DNA from: the human T2T-CHM13v2.0 reference genome, Homo sapiens
Length of the DNA: 64,000 bases
Reading direction: 5' to 3' (one strand)
Assembly (NCBI RefSeq): GCF_009914755.1
Contig: NC_060928.1
A program made the translations under genes and the position numbers. Shown piece by piece: positions 38,581 through 54,481 of the stretch. The first letter of the stretch is position 1. The number at the start of each line of letters is the position of its first letter. Below the pieces are notes generated by a model, which made no database searches, was not told where the DNA came from, and saw only the letters and a program-made list of their open reading frames with translations.

Positions 38581-41500
38581 ATTCAATTATTTCTTGTTCT
38601 GCTTGGGTTAGCAGCTTTGTAACTAGTTGGTGTCTTCAATAGAGTTCTGGAAACTTTTACCCTGTCCAAATGATATGGTCCTAAAATCATCAGAAACTTT
38701 TATAGAAGAGTGATTTTCAGGGTTATTTTATTCTTTTTATAAAATTCCTGGAAGACACCACACTTATAAGTCCATTTTCTTGTAAATAGCTTTCAGGAAA
38801 TGTATGAGAATTAAGCCATTAACTGTGGACGAGACTTAATATGGTCATGGTTAAAGATGGAATTGAAAAGAAGGTCTGGTCATTTTTGTGACCTGTAATA
38901 ATTTAACATAAGAACCATAATTATGACTGATAACATATACCACAACATATCAGAATTTAAGGAATCTCATGTAATTTGGGGATACATATTAATAATATAT
39001 CCATTAAAATGTAACTCAAAGAAAATTATACATAACTTCTTATTTGACAATGATTCCCATATAAAATAGTATATAAAAAAGCCTGATAATCACTTTTTTG
39101 ATGCTGCAGTCGTCCTTTGTAGCATCCCAAAGTTAGTTTTAGGTGAAAAAATATTTAATTTTGAATTTGAAATTTGATTTAGGGAAGCCAGTCAAATATG
39201 TTAAAGGTTTGAAACACTTGACTAAAATAGGATCACAGGTCACTATTAAATAATAGTCATTTATTTGGCCAACGTTAAATTAAATGATACATATAAATAT
39301 TTAATATAAATAATTAAAACGTTACAAAAAGCAAAAATCTTTATTCATCAATAGAGAAGAGATTCAGTTATCTAATCAAAAGACCCAATAAAGGCAGCAT
39401 GAGAAATAATGTGCTCTCCTCTCTGCACTTCTTCCTTTTTTTTTTTTTTCAGTTTACTCAAAAGGTGAACAAAATTTTTTACTATCTCATCTTAATACAA
39501 CACAAAAATCTTCTTCAAAAGAGAAAACCAAGTTTTACTTTTGAATTAGTATATTACCAGTACTAAAGCTAATTTTAATACAATCTTATAAACAAATCCA
39601 TCTTTTCTTAGTCAGCTTTTGACCACGTAAGATTTCCACCAATTTTTTATAACTGCTTACAAATGTTTTTCTCTTTTGAACTTTCTAAATTCATTTAGTT
39701 CTGTCTATATCTTTTTAATTTTTTTCAATTTGAAACAAAATTTAAGTAACTTTTAAACTAAACCAAATTAATTTTTCTAGAAAACACATTTTTATGCCTT
39801 TACAATTTTTCTCCCCCAAAACATATCTTGCTTTTCCTTATACACTCTGTATGCAAAGTTGTTTTTCTTATACTGTGCAGTTTTTATTATATGTAACTCT
39901 TAATAAGCCCAATTTCTAGTGAAAAATCTATGAAATAAGTTTGAATTGTTTTATATCAGTATTTGTAGATGTAAACAAATTCATAATTATTTTAGAAATA
40001 TATGCTTTTCCAAATTTATGCTTATTAACAGATCTAAATATATTTACATTTTCTATACTATATAAAAATAACATGCCAAATTATATAAATATGAATTTAT
40101 GTTTAATTATTATTTCAGTATTTTAACTTATTTATAAATGTTTCATACATTTTATGTTTATCTATTAACTTAACTTTAAAATTTTATATGAATGAAAATA
40201 ATTTTGAAACTATGACACAGGTACCCTCCCTAATATCTTTGCCAGTTCTTCTGAATCTCAAATAGCCATATAGCAACCAGAATGACTATGAAGGGCAGGG
40301 CCCACTTGGATTCTAAATTTAAATAGCAGGCGGAGAGCTCAGGGCAGAAAACAGCTGTGAAGACAATCCCTGGAGGATCCAACTCTTCCCAAAATGGCCC
40401 GGAGGCAAGGCTGGGACAGGAAAAATGGAGCCATATGAGCATGACCCTGCCATATAGCTGGTGCTGTAGCAACTGAGGACATGTCCCTCTTGTCCTCAGG
40501 TGATCCACCTGCCTCCGCCTCCCAAAGTGCTGGTGATTACAGGGATTGCCATCTCATGCCAATGGGAAAACCAAATCCCAAAACATAAGCTTACGGTCAA
40601 ATCAAGCAAGTATTGAAAATATTACAGAAGTAGCAGTTTTATTACCTTAAAACATATAGTAGAGACATCATAAACCTGTCTGAAAACTCAGGCAAAAAAA
40701 AGTGTGAATTAGATTTAACTGACAATTCAGAACCCATTCTTATTTTACCAACAATTTTAAAACTAGCTTTACATACCATATTTTGTTACATACACATAGC
40801 ACATATAGACATGCAGATAAACAAGCAGATCTTATAGATTTCATAAATAATTCTCATTTATTGGCTTTCAAATAGTTTTTATTTTCCCATTTAGTCTATT
40901 AGTCTTCTAATTTTCTGTTGCATTGCCCTAAGCCATTTTTAGTTAGGCAACAATTTGCCTTCTAAAGTCTTAGATGAAACATGGTAGAAAAATTATATCT
41001 CAAAAGTACAGGGTTGAGGCTTTAGGCCTAAATATTGTACCATCATTCACTCAAAGCAAGGAAAATGGTTGTACATGAAGGCCCATTTAAGATGAGATGA
41101 CCAGGAAAAGGATCTTAAACAAAGGTAAGACTCGCTATTGAAATAGCAATGGTAAGAGCTTCTGTTGAGCTTCTGTTGACCAGGTCTTCCCTCTCAGACA
41201 CCCTTACAAATGGAATTACTTTTGTAGATGTAAATTTGTTTATAAAAAGAATTCAAGATAGCAAGCTAACATGCAAAAAAAAAATGTATTTTGTGGCTGA
41301 TTTATTTCAATAGGTAGTCTTTTAATTTAGCTGCTATTTTTTAACTAAAATTACTGAGTACACTGTGGAGCCCATAAGGAATCTTTCAAAGAAAGAATTC
41401 TCTATGCCTAGATTCAGTGTGAATAGATCCAAAAAAGAAGCAAGCCTACTTTACCAGAGGGCCTAGCTTTTATAAACACTTTATCCAGGATAGCTTTCTA

Positions 41501-41733
41501 TTTTTTTTTTAAATAAAGGAACTGTGTATTAACATGTTAACAATTCATAACTGCACTTTTTATGACATTTTGAAAATCTATAGGTACAGGACAATGGGTT
41601 TTGTTAAACTGTGTCATATTTATACTTGCAGAAATTTATTTCATTGTTATTAGTAAGAATTTTATTGGTTCAATAAAATTGCCAAAACTGAACACCAATC
41701 ATTTGCTTACTTTGTTTATTTATATTGGAGTAG

Positions 41734-42172
<439 letters not shown>

Positions 42173-42344
42173 TCGTGGTGCTATTTCTCATCACGCAATA
42201 TTCCATTGGTGGAGTATTGCAATAGTGTAAGTTGTGCAAAATGTATAGTTATTGTAACCTTTTAAAATATCACTTGTGATCTCAGAAAGAGGCAAATTAG
42301 CTTTATCATTATCTCTTGTTAACCAATGCAGTAATTAGAATTAG

Positions 42345-42497
42345 AAAAGAGGCATTGCACATAGAGTTGAGGCCTGGATTCAGAAACCTATTTTTTCATA
42401 TTCTACTAGCTTTGTGACCTTGAAAGTAAATTAATCTCTACACTTTATCAGAAGTAATGCCTACCTGAGATGGTTGTTTAAGAATTAGATGAAGTGC
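42345..42497 (+). mobile_element. MIR fragment within the non-viral insert
   Basis: ggcctggattca..ctactagctttgtgaccttgaaagtaaattaatctct..taatgcctacct..ggttgtttaagaattagatga. Confidence 0.7.
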
Positions 42498-43376
42498 TTT
42501 GGGGTGTGACCATGACTAAGTCAAGATTTTAGCAGATTCCATTTCTCTTATCAATTAGTCACTTAAGTTTTTATTTGCCTTTTATAAAGAATCTTTTTAA
42601 GGAAGAGACATTAAAAATATTGAAATCTATTTAGAAGCTTTTGCAAATCAATAGATATCCCTGGATGAGCCTAATTCATTGCATTTCACTTTAAAAGTGC
42701 ACTTCTTAAAGTACAGTACTGTTCATTTGAATATTTTACTGTAATTTTAAACAACCTTTAGTAAGATTGCATCATTTCTGTAAGAATTTGCTGCTTCTGG
42801 GACCTAATGCCTACCCATGAAAAGGTAAGTATTGCCAGAAGGTGGAATACTCAGTTTTTCAGAAGTTAAGGATCCCATTTTTACATTGAATCTTGGCTTT
42901 GGCTCTCAGGTTCCCTTGATCAACTTAGTCAGTAATTTCTTTCCTACCTAAGCATGCAAGAAAAAGAAGCAAAGGGGGCAGAACACAAAAATCCCTGCAA
43001 ATTCATGAAAGTCAGAGTTCATACCTTTTGCAGTATTGCCATTTACTGCCCATTTATGCCTGCTCTAATCAGATGTCTTGAGGCCTAAAGCTGAATCCAA
43101 GCTAGTTAATTATCAGATCCGATGTGATTCTGAACCCAATCTAGTTTCTGTCATAATTTTTGAACCCAGTTCAGATTTACAAATTGCTCAAACACAATCA
43201 TATAGCTCAATACACAAATCCCTGGAGCCTTGGGATCTGAGAGAGAACTGATCCATGATCCCCACTTGCGGCAAGGGAGCGATGGGCAGAGTAACCCGGT
43301 GGGTATCTTGTTTGATCACTTGGTGCTCCTGGGAGTTGCTAGAAGCTCTAATTCAGATCACACCTCTGTAATCATC

Positions 43377-43744
43377 TGTTAAAAGAAAACTTTAGACAAA
43401 TTTAAGAGTTCAAATGAGCAAAAAATGATTATGAATTGTGCAGCCCCACTAACCAGAATAGGTTCAGAGGGAATCCAGCACTACCACAGGATGGGAGATT
43501 TATGGACAGACAAAGGGAAAGTGGCATACAGAAGTTGGAAGTGAGGAACAGAAACAACTGATAAGTTATAGCTTGGCCTTTGCCTTATTTGAAAAGTTGG
43601 CTGCCTATAATTGTTAGAAACAGTGATTGGTGTAAGTAGTTTACAGTCTGTTTACAAATCCAGTTGGTTACAGTTCACTATATATGGAGAAACATTTAGG
43701 CCAAACTTACAGGTAGTCAACTTTAAGATAAACTTAATTTAACA
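43377..43744 (-). mobile_element. MER57-like ERV1 LTR (5' LTR position)
   Basis: Reverse strand TGTTAAATTAAGTTT..AAGTTTGGCCTAAA..GTGAACTGTAACC..; tgttaa/ttaaca termini; followed by a PBS-like TGATTACAGAGGTGTGATC (cf. tRNA-Leu PBS TGGTGTCAGAAGTGGGAT). Confidence 0.8.
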
Positions 43745-44503
43745 CTATTCTAGGTGAACAGGTGCACATTACGCTAATTCTGTCTCTTTCATTTCACGTA
43801 TCATGCTATGAATGCACATCCATACTTTTCTCATTATTTTACCTGGTATTTGCCATTTTTTTAAATATCTCAACTATTCTCTTGATTTCCACCTTCGCCT
43901 CTTGCATTCACAGAATATTATCCTTGCCAGAACTTTCTTGAAATGTCAAGATCAGCAGGACACTTGCCTATTCCAAAAGGCATGGTCAGGAAGAGGTTCT
44001 ATTCCTACAGTAAGATCAGTTGTCATCTTCATGAGCACGAGAATTCAGTGTTATTACCTTCTAATTTTTCAGTTTCAGTCAATCAATAACATGTGCCTTC
44101 AATTATGAGATAGCTAGAAACTTAGTGTGAAATATTTTCTACAAACATAATGAAGCTGGTAGCCTAGCAGTCTTCAAAAATAAAACATCAGCATCCAGAA
44201 ACAATCACATCCATATGTACTTAGAGAGTGAGGATCCAATAAGATACCATAATACAGAAAAAGGACCGTGGTGGAAGCCAAAAGGTTATAGAAGTTTGTC
44301 CAATGCTTGACTAATTCTGAATCATTCCTTCTAACATTTGACCAACATAATGTAAGTGTTCTTGTACACTCAAATTTCATCTCTTTCCAAATTTTTAATA
44401 AAGCTTTCAGGATATAGCACATTTATTATTATGTACCACTCATTATGATGTGTAAGCCTGTTATTATCTTTCATTGTTTCAAAATATTGAACCTGTGTAG
44501 TAA

Positions 44504-44883
<380 letters not shown>

Positions 44884-45289
44884 CTTCTGTTATTTTTTAA
44901 ACTGTCTACTCAATAAAAATTGATCCACTCAATGCTTCACAATATTACCTTGTGCAATTTGACTTCCATACATTTTACATTAAATACTCTTTTTAAAATG
45001 TTTTCTCTCGCCTCACTTTTGTGTCAACAGTGTTCATACTTCAAAAGCCAATCAATGAATATCTCCTCCTATAAAAGAGGATCTGACTCTGTGATTATGT
45101 TATTTATTTAAAAAAAATTACAGTTTTTTTTTGCATAATTTCATTTGGAAACTATATATATATATATTTTATATATATATATATATACACACACACACCC
45201 CCCTACTTTCTATTATTTATTTGCATTACTCTGTCTCTATGCTTCTATTTTCATATCTACCAAAATATCACCTACTTTGAAAATGCTAA

Positions 45290-46035
45290 GAAAATTAACT
45301 CACATTGAAATACCACTTTGCACATACTATGAGGGCTTTAATCCTAAAGACAAGTAAAAAAAATACTGGCAAGGAGGTAGAGAAATGGAACCCTGATACA
45401 TTTCTGCTGGGAATGTAACATATTACAGCCACCTGGTAAAACAGTTAGGTAGTTCCTCAAAAGGTTAAATGTAGGGTTACTATAAGACCCATCAATTCCG
45501 CTCCTAGGCATATGCCCAATAAAATCTTTTTAAATGTCCAAAAACCTGTACAGTAATGTTCATAGCAGCATTATTCCTAATAGCCCCAAAATGGAAACAA
45601 GCCAAGGCCCACCATCTCATTAATACATAAAGAAAACGTGTGTATTCATGCAGAGAACTATCATTCAGCGTTAAAAAAGAATAAAGCATTGATTCATGCC
45701 ACAACATGGATAAACCTTAAAAACAATGTACTCAATGAAAGTAACCGTAAAAGACATAGCCATATGGTACATTAATCCATTTACACAAAAAGTCTAAGTA
45801 GGCAAGTCAATAGAGACAGAAAGTAAATTTGTGGTTGCCAGTGTCTAGGAAGAGGAAATCATGGTGAATGACTACAAATGGACACATGGTTTCTGTTGAG
45901 GTAATGAAAATGTTCTGGAATCAGGTAATGGTAGTGGAATTAAATAATTGCATAACTTTGTAAAAATACTAAAAACCACTGAATTGTACACTTAAAAGCA
46001 AATTTTATAGTATGTGAAATATATCTCAGTAAAAA
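45290..46035 (+). mobile_element. L1MB/ME-type 3' end
   Basis: gttcatagcagcattattcctaatagccccaaaatggaaacaa; accactgaattgtacacttaaaa..atatatctca. Confidence 0.85.
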
Positions 46036-47739
46036 TGAATTTGTATAATGGGAGAATATTTACTTTTTGCCTTATTAGTGATACATTCTTTGTCCATAGT
46101 GGGTTCTCAAAATATTTTCTTAGTCAACTGATGTATGGATGATTAGAGAGTTGAATGAATTAAAGTGGTGAGATAGAGAGGTTCTTCAAAACAATCCATT
46201 CCAATTTTTATCTTTTTTATTTATTATTTTTGCCAGCCTTCTATTTGACATATACTTTTTTTTAAGCAAATAACACCAACTGTAAGGGCATAGCAGTTGT
46301 GCGACTGCCAACTACAGTGCCTGCCAAAAGAAACATAAAGAATGTAAGTGAATCCACATTTTAAAAGTGCAAATTTTCAGTCTTTAATTTCAGTTTCTCA
46401 AAGACACTCCTTGCTGTTGTAGTTAGGGCCTTGGCTGTGTGGCAGCTTTGTTTTGTTTTGTTTTTTTAATTGCATGGATTCAATCAATGAATTTAATGAT
46501 GTTTAACAACAGGAACCTGTAAATACAGGAGGTTGAACTTGTCAGTTTACTGATATAATCTTGCAGGGACAAGCAGTTGAAAGTCTCCTGCAGTTACCTT
46601 GCTGAGCAATCCCTGATAGAATGGAATAATTTTTTAACTTTCCCCCCACATTTTATAGCCCAACATATGTCAAGTGCAATGCCTGTGTTTATTCCACTTT
46701 AGTTAATATGGAAAATTTGCAAATGATGACTAAGATTAATACAAAATAAACAAAAGCAAAATATGAAATCAGGATATCACAAGAGATGCTATTTTAAACA
46801 TCAAAAGATTCAACCTAATATGGGAACAATTTACCTTTTACTTCTAGACTTATTAAATTGAAACAGCTAAGCTTATTTCATATAATAACCACATTGGATT
46901 CAGATATCTTCATATCTGAATCCTTTTTAAGACTTAAATAAGCTGAATCATCTACAGGACTAAGTAATGGTATTGCCGACTGCTGCACTTCTTTCCATTA
47001 AAGACTTTTTTAATTTGCTCATGACAGGTAGCTGAAGTCTATTTTAAATTAGTGTTATTTTTTCTTTCTACCTTATTGGTAGGGATTTCATATCCTTTCA
47101 CTCATATCAACTTTTATTGAACATGCAAAAGCATTGCAGGGAAATGAGCAGACTGCATAAATGATAGTCATTTATTGAGATGGCAAAACCTCCTTAGCCA
47201 AGCACTTCCCTTTAGTATAGTGTAATTTAGTATAGTTTAATTTTGTATTGAGAAACAAACCTGACCTCATGTTTGTGTTATAGAATTTGAATTTACATGT
47301 GTGCAATTTAGTAAAACAGCATAATCCCACTTACATTTTATAATCACTGCCTTTAAAAAATAAATCTGACAAAGTAACTATTATTATTAAGAGGAGATGT
47401 TCCAGCAAGTAATGATTTTATAAATGACATGTAGAATAGACAGTGAAATAAACATTTTAGTCAACAATTATGCCCTTTATCCTATTTAATGTCTTTCTTA
47501 TTAATTTTAGCTATCATTCATTGAATTTTTATTCACAATGCTGAGTAGAAAATATCCTAAAATAAAGTAGTTTTCATAAACCTATCTGTGTGTTTGTTTT
47601 TATTTTTCCTGCTACAAACGAGGTATAAAGAAACATTATATCATGAAACTTTGCTGATGATTATAATATTTATCAGCAAAGTAGGTAAATGATCAAACTA
47701 GGTAGAGGTAAATATTTGTTAAGTCAGTTTGTGTTTAAG

Positions 47740-47965
47740 TATAGAGTGTCATCTTGGAGTAATCAAAAGTCGATGCCTTAAAATCGTGGTTCTGTCCTTT
47801 ATCATCTATTGTCCTTATTATCTATGTGTTCATAAAAATTTATATAACTTTCTTGAAACTTGGTATCCTTACCTTGAAAAAAATAAATACTAAAATTTAA
47901 TAGAACAGTGTCTGAGAATCATGGAAAAAGATAAATTGTTTGGTGCCTGATACTTAATAGTTTTT
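47740..47965 (+). mobile_element. MIR fragment
   Basis: Degenerate core and tggtgcctgatacttaatag tail. Confidence 0.45.
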
Positions 47966-47974
47966 CAGCAAATG

Positions 47975-48135
47975 CTCCCACCTCCCTCCCTTTCTTCCTC
48001 CCATATTCCTTCCCTCGCCTCCCTTGCCTTCTTTGCTTTCTCTCCCTCCCTTTTTCTTTCCTTCCTTCCTTTCTTCCTTCCTTCCTTCCCCCCTCCCTCC
48101 CTCTCTTCCTTTCTTCCTTCATTCCTTTCTTCCTG
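47975..48135. repeat. (CCTT/CCCT)n polypyrimidine tract
   Basis: cttccttcctttcttccttccttcc. Confidence 0.9.
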
Positions 48136-49879
48136 AATTTATTTAATTTGCAGACCTAAACCCCCCAAATTATGACCATCTCTTTCTACATTATAGTAAA
48201 ACGATAAGCACAAATTTAGTAGATTGTTTTATATAAAATATGTTATTGTAGGCTTGATATTAAGTTATTTGGATATTTAATTCAGGTAACCCAGCATTTC
48301 TTAAAAGCCACTGAGTATTGTTTGTAATACTTAAGGGAAAAGTGTAACCAATAGGATGTTTTCAATTGAATATTAAACTTAGCCATAAATTGCAAGGGCT
48401 TTGTAGACATTTATGCACATAAACATTGTAAGATCCTCGAGATATGTGTTTTTTTCACATGTCAGAAAACTCTGGAGCCCTTTAAAAAAAGTCTCTAATG
48501 TATTGTTGGTTAAATGGCATTGGCTACTTGATCCTTATAAAAGCATATTTAGTCTCTGTTTATGGTTGTGGTTTTACCAGAAAACCTAACAAAATGTTAT
48601 GTTGGTGTTAACAAATATTTGATAATCAGTATTATCACATAACAGAATGAATGATTGAATGCCTGAAATCCAATATTGCCACCTATTCTCTACTGAAATG
48701 TCTATATTGACAACGCCCTTCTACTTACACAATGGTTGCATTTAGTTAAATATTGTCTTGAAATTATCATTTGGAAAACTCACAGCTCTCGGAGGCTGGC
48801 ACCTTTATGCATAATCCATTTTCACAATTCATGATTCTAAGTTGCTCCAAGTCTAGGGTAGAAAATCTGTTATAAAAAGTTGGAGAGGAGGGGGCATCAC
48901 TTTTAGGAGATTTTCTTTTTCAAAAACACAGGCTTTTTGCCAACAAGATATTTTTGTTGTTTTTGTTTTAGACTTCAGATTTTACTGAATTATTTTGAAT
49001 TCGTAACCAAAATCCTTTATTCATTTTAAATGTATACTGGAAAGAGAGAGGGTCGAGACAGACAGATTTGTTAGATTGAACTCTATATTTTTATTTTACG
49101 AGTGTTTGTCCTTATACTTCTGTGTAATGATCAACAACAATACTAAAACCATTCTAGCCAACAGCAAGCAGTTCTCAAAGTTCTCAACTTAGAGTGTCTT
49201 ATTTTGCTTTTAATTTGCATTTAGGCTGCATGTTATTCTAGCTGAGAAGTAGTACTCTCACTTCAGTAAGTGAAACCACACAATTGTTTATATGCAGAAA
49301 TTGTTATATGTTAGTATTATTGTGTCTGTTAAGAATCTTGAAATAAGTAAGTTTAACAAATTGATTCAATATTGAGTCTGTTTGAATTTAAGGAAACCTA
49401 AGTTGTACAGAATAATACTTGAAGCTATAATTAGAGGCTAATTTCAGGTCACTGAATCGTTTTACTTATATCAGGGCATCACAGACAGGATGAAATGATG
49501 ATACATTGTAATGTTTTGGGTGTGATTCCTTTGCTTTTCACACTGGTTAAAAGGATTTTTTTTCCGTGATCACCAAGGACAGAGGGACCAGAGCCCAGTC
49601 TTTCAGGAAATGATACATTTGTTGTCCTCCTGCTCTGTGTGCAAAACTGTGGAATGTCTAAGTTGAAAAAGAAGAAAAGACACTTTTTTCTTGCCTGTGC
49701 AGATTAAGGGGCAAATCAGGAGAGAACATATAATGCAGACAAAGGACAAAAGCAATATGATTTGTTAATTACTACAAGAATGTAAAATAAAAGTGAAAAA
49801 GTACATCAGTGAAGGTTAACTTAAATCTTACATTGTGAAACAGGCTATAATCACATAATTAAGCTGAATTACTTAGAGA

Positions 49880-51020
49880 TCTCAAATGCTTCTTTCTTAT
49901 CTCAAATCTTTTGCCCAGAATGAACTTCCCCGTGTCCTATTAGCCTGTTACTTAATGTATTGTAAAGATTTGCAGAATAGCTCAATGGCAAATTTCTTTA
50001 AGTCTCCTCTGAAATACCCGCATGCAGAATTAAATGTTTCCTGCTTTGTGCTCCATTAGTACCGAGTACATACTTTTATCCTATAACTATTTAGATATTT
50101 ACTTATCTTTCCAACTTAACCTTGAGCCCCTAGAAGGCAAAGCTTTGTACCATTTATTCTGGATACCCATTACCTAATACATGCTCCCAGATTTTACTCT
50201 TCTACCGAAATCCAAGTGCATATATGGGAATTATCTTCTCCCCACCCTTTCTTTGGGGGAGCTAACTAGATTGTATTATTTTAATTGCAGTCTGAGACTC
50301 CTCAGGTTATACCTGCAACTTCAATTTCAGCGCTTGCTCTGAGATTTGACTTACAGTCAACTATCTACCTGACATTTATACTTGAGCACCATATGGGTGT
50401 CTCTATCTCCATAGTTTGTAAACTGTACTCATTTTCCCCATAAACGGTAATTCCTATTTACATTGCTGCTTAATCCAGCATATTTGAAGCATCCTTGATT
50501 CTTCTCTTTCTTATTCTTCACATAACATTTATCACCAATTCTGTATAATTACACTTCCAAAATCCATCTTCTCCTTGATCCTCATCATCACTGCCACCAA
50601 CTAACATCCTTTAATACTTTTCTTTTTTTTTTTTTCATTCACCAACCTTCTTTTGCCATGGCCTCTTTCACAGTCTTAACGCTTTGAAACTCACCCAACT
50701 CAGTACTTATGCATAATGCTGTTCTACCAGGAGAACTCAAATTTGAATTCCTGGGCATGGCTAGTTGCTTCCCTTCCTCCAGCTTTCAGTTTCACTCTGC
50801 TTCCCTATGGAAAATACTGAGCCACCCAATCTGTACTGGGATTCACTCTTAGCCAGGTTTTTTCTTTATTTGTTTCCTTATTCACACTTAAAATCTCATT
50901 ATTTTGCATTTATTTCCCCATTATAATTTAAGAGCAACAAAGACAGTATTCATTTCAACACTATTTAACAAGCACCTAATACAAAGGTGACTCAGTGGGA
51001 GCCCCATAAATGTTTGTTAA
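49880..51020 (+). mobile_element. L2 fragments
   Basis: tgagcccctagaaggcaaag; atccttgattcttctctttc..atcaccaattctg; cacctaatacaaag..ataaatgtttgtt. Confidence 0.6.
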
Positions 51021-52062
51021 AAAGGTGACTGCATATATCTGAAAATAAGGGAAATACTATCATCAATAAAGATAGGTAGGATAAACTAGAATAAACATGC
51101 TACAAAACATGCCCCATGAACACAACTTCATTTTGCTTTAATTACTATATCTTCTTGTTTAGGGGCATTTTGGCATGTTGTACATGCTCAGTAAAACTGT
51201 GCTGGATAAATGAATGAGTTTGAAAGGCAAATGTTTAACTTTGAATGACAGCATAAATGTTGAGACTTGCTTCCAAGCTAAATACCAATTAAATCCTTTC
51301 TCTGTTCCATATATATTATGGATAAAGATACTTTATTTTCTGCAAAAATTCTGCTAAGTATTTTCACTACCTTATAAGTCAAAGAATAAAAGAGATAAAA
51401 ACAGGTTTTTTTGTGGGTCACTGTATAAGATAATGTAATCAAGGTAATGAAGAAGCCTGAAATAACTTTAAAATCAAGGAACACAGTAATAAATTTACTA
51501 ACCATCAGAATGATTTTCATGGATGAGAAAAAAAAGGAAAACACTCATATTTTAGATTTCGATCTGCAAGTAATGAGAAGAAAAAGCAAAAAATTCAAAA
51601 AATCTAAACTATACGTTTGGTGATATTAAACTTCTATAAAGATTGATTTTCTGTCATTTTGTAAGACAGTTACTCAAATTAAAACTTTACAACAGTTTTG
51701 ACATTTATTTTTTATAAAAGTCAATACATTAGGTTAGATTGCTTTACCCCACTTGTTTCTTTCCACTGGTTCCATGAGATGATAAAAAAAGACTTCTAAG
51801 ATAACAAGTGAGCTTTGGAGAATTCACAATAGAAAAAACAAAAAGAATAAACAGTATGAGAAGCAAAATAATATTTGGTTTTGGTTTAACTTCCAAATGA
51901 TAAGTAGTTGTCAATTTGATATAATTTTAGAAAGAAGGAAATAAATACCTTTTATATAATCAAATGTCCCTCCAATTCTATAAGTTTAATAAACATAAAT
52001 CACCTTTGAAATAATAAATATGTAATCATGATTTACACTACAACTTTTCAAAAAAGGAGATA

Positions 52063-52188
52063 GGCCTGGCCTGGTGGCTCACACCTGTAATCTCAGCACT
52101 TTGAGAGACTGAGGTGGAAGGATTGCTTGAGGCCACGAGTTCGAGACCAGCCTGGGCAACACAGTGAGACCCTATCTCTACAAAAAAT
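52063..52188 (+). mobile_element. FLAM_C / free left Alu monomer
   Basis: ggcctggcctggtggctcacacctgtaatc..gaccctatctctacaaaaaa; no right arm. Confidence 0.85.
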
Positions 52189-53000
52189 TTTTTAATGAAA
52201 ATTTTAAAAAATGAACATAAAAAAGGAAATTAAGTTTAATCATGTTTAAGGTATGTTCACTGAGGATTTCATAAAATAAGAAATTTCCTCCAACTCCTCT
52301 CAAAAAGGGAAGACATTATGTTATTTTTCATATGTTCAGTGACATTTGTTGCATGGAATACTGTGAGAGACACTTAGAAAAATTCCCTTCCTAAGCCCCA
52401 AGGCCCTGAAATGATCCCATGAAATACACTATTTTTAATTTGTGTAACAGATGAGATTCATAAACAGTGATTTTGTCTATTGTTAACAAGGCGCACAACA
52501 TTTCTCTGTAAAGCTAAAATCATATAATAAAGGAGATTTTATTAAGGTATTTGGTAAATTCATTATAGTAAATTATTTTATGGAATTTTCCTTTGGGGAC
52601 CAGGCCTTATTGTTTTACCAGCTTTTGCCTAAATCATTTGAAAATTGTAGTTTGTCAATTATAAATAGAATAACATGATTTTGTTATAATGAAGTAATTT
52701 AAATTTAAAAGCAACAGTTTTGTTTCCATGTTAAGACTGTCACTGAGCTTTCTTATTGTTAACTTATTTATGTATTCTTTTAACTGACAAATAAAAATAA
52801 TAACGTATATTTTTAATGCACATGTTTTGAAATATGTATACATTGTGAAATAGCCAAGTTATACTAATTAAAATATGCATTATCTCACATACTTATAATT
52901 TTTTGTGTTGAGAACACATAAAATCCACACTCAGTGATGTTGAAAAATAAATTACTCTGCTATTAACTATAGTTACACTATTGTACAATAGATCTGTTAA

Positions 53001-53445
<445 letters not shown>

Positions 53446-54481
53446 CCAAACTTATTTCTCCTAACATTGTGTATTCTTTGACCAATATCCCGTCAACTCT
53501 TCAAATGGCCACATCCACACCAACTTCCTGGTAACCATGATTCTTCTCTGTATTTGCATAAGGTCAATTTTTTAGATTCTAAATATAAGTGTCTTTCTGT
53601 GCCTGGTTTATTTCACTTATTATAATATTCTCCAGATTCATCCATGTTGTTGTCAATGACAGAATTTCCTCTTTTTTAAGGCTGAATAGTATACCACTGT
53701 GTATATATACCACATTTTCCTTATCCACTGATGGACACATAGGTTGATTATGTATCCTGGCTAATGTGAATACTGGTGGAATACATGTGGAAATGCATGT
53801 ATCTCTTCATCATATAGTTTTTAATTTTCCTAGGGTATATAACCAGTGGTGGGATTGCCAGATTATATGGTAGCTCTGTTTTTAATTTTTCAAGGAAGCA
53901 CTGTAGAGTTCTCCATAATGGTTATATTTACTAGTTTACATTTCCACCAGCAGCATTCAAAGATTCTTTTTCCCCACATTCTCACTAATGTTTATCTTTT
54001 GTCTTTCTGACAATAGCCATTCTAACAGGTATGAGGTGATATTTCATTGTGGTTTTAATTCACATTTCCCTGATGATTACTGATGTTGAGAGTCATTTCA
54101 TATACCTTTTGACCAATTACTAGCATGTCTTCTTTTGAGAAATGTCTATCAGATCCTTTGTCTATTTTTAAATTGGGGTATTGTTTTCTTCCCTTTGTGT
54201 TATCTAAGCTCCTTATATATTTTGGACGTTAATCCCTCATTAGCAATATGGTTTACAAATATTTTCTCCCTTTCTGTGGGTTGTGCCTTCACTCTGTTGA
54301 TTGTTTCTTTTTCTGTGCAAAAGTCTCTTAGTTTGATGTAATCTCATTTGTCTATTTCTCCTTTTGTTACCTGTGCTTTTGGGGTCATATCCAAAACATC
54401 ATTGCCCAGACTAACGTAATGGAGCTTTTCTTCTAAGTTTCCTTCTAGTACTTTTACCATTTCAGGTTTTATGTTTCGCTG

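Noticed and set aside
38073-38582. 169-aa ORF as a host gene
   Set aside because: It is a composite of decayed ERV pol, a (TTTC)n microsatellite and antisense Alu.
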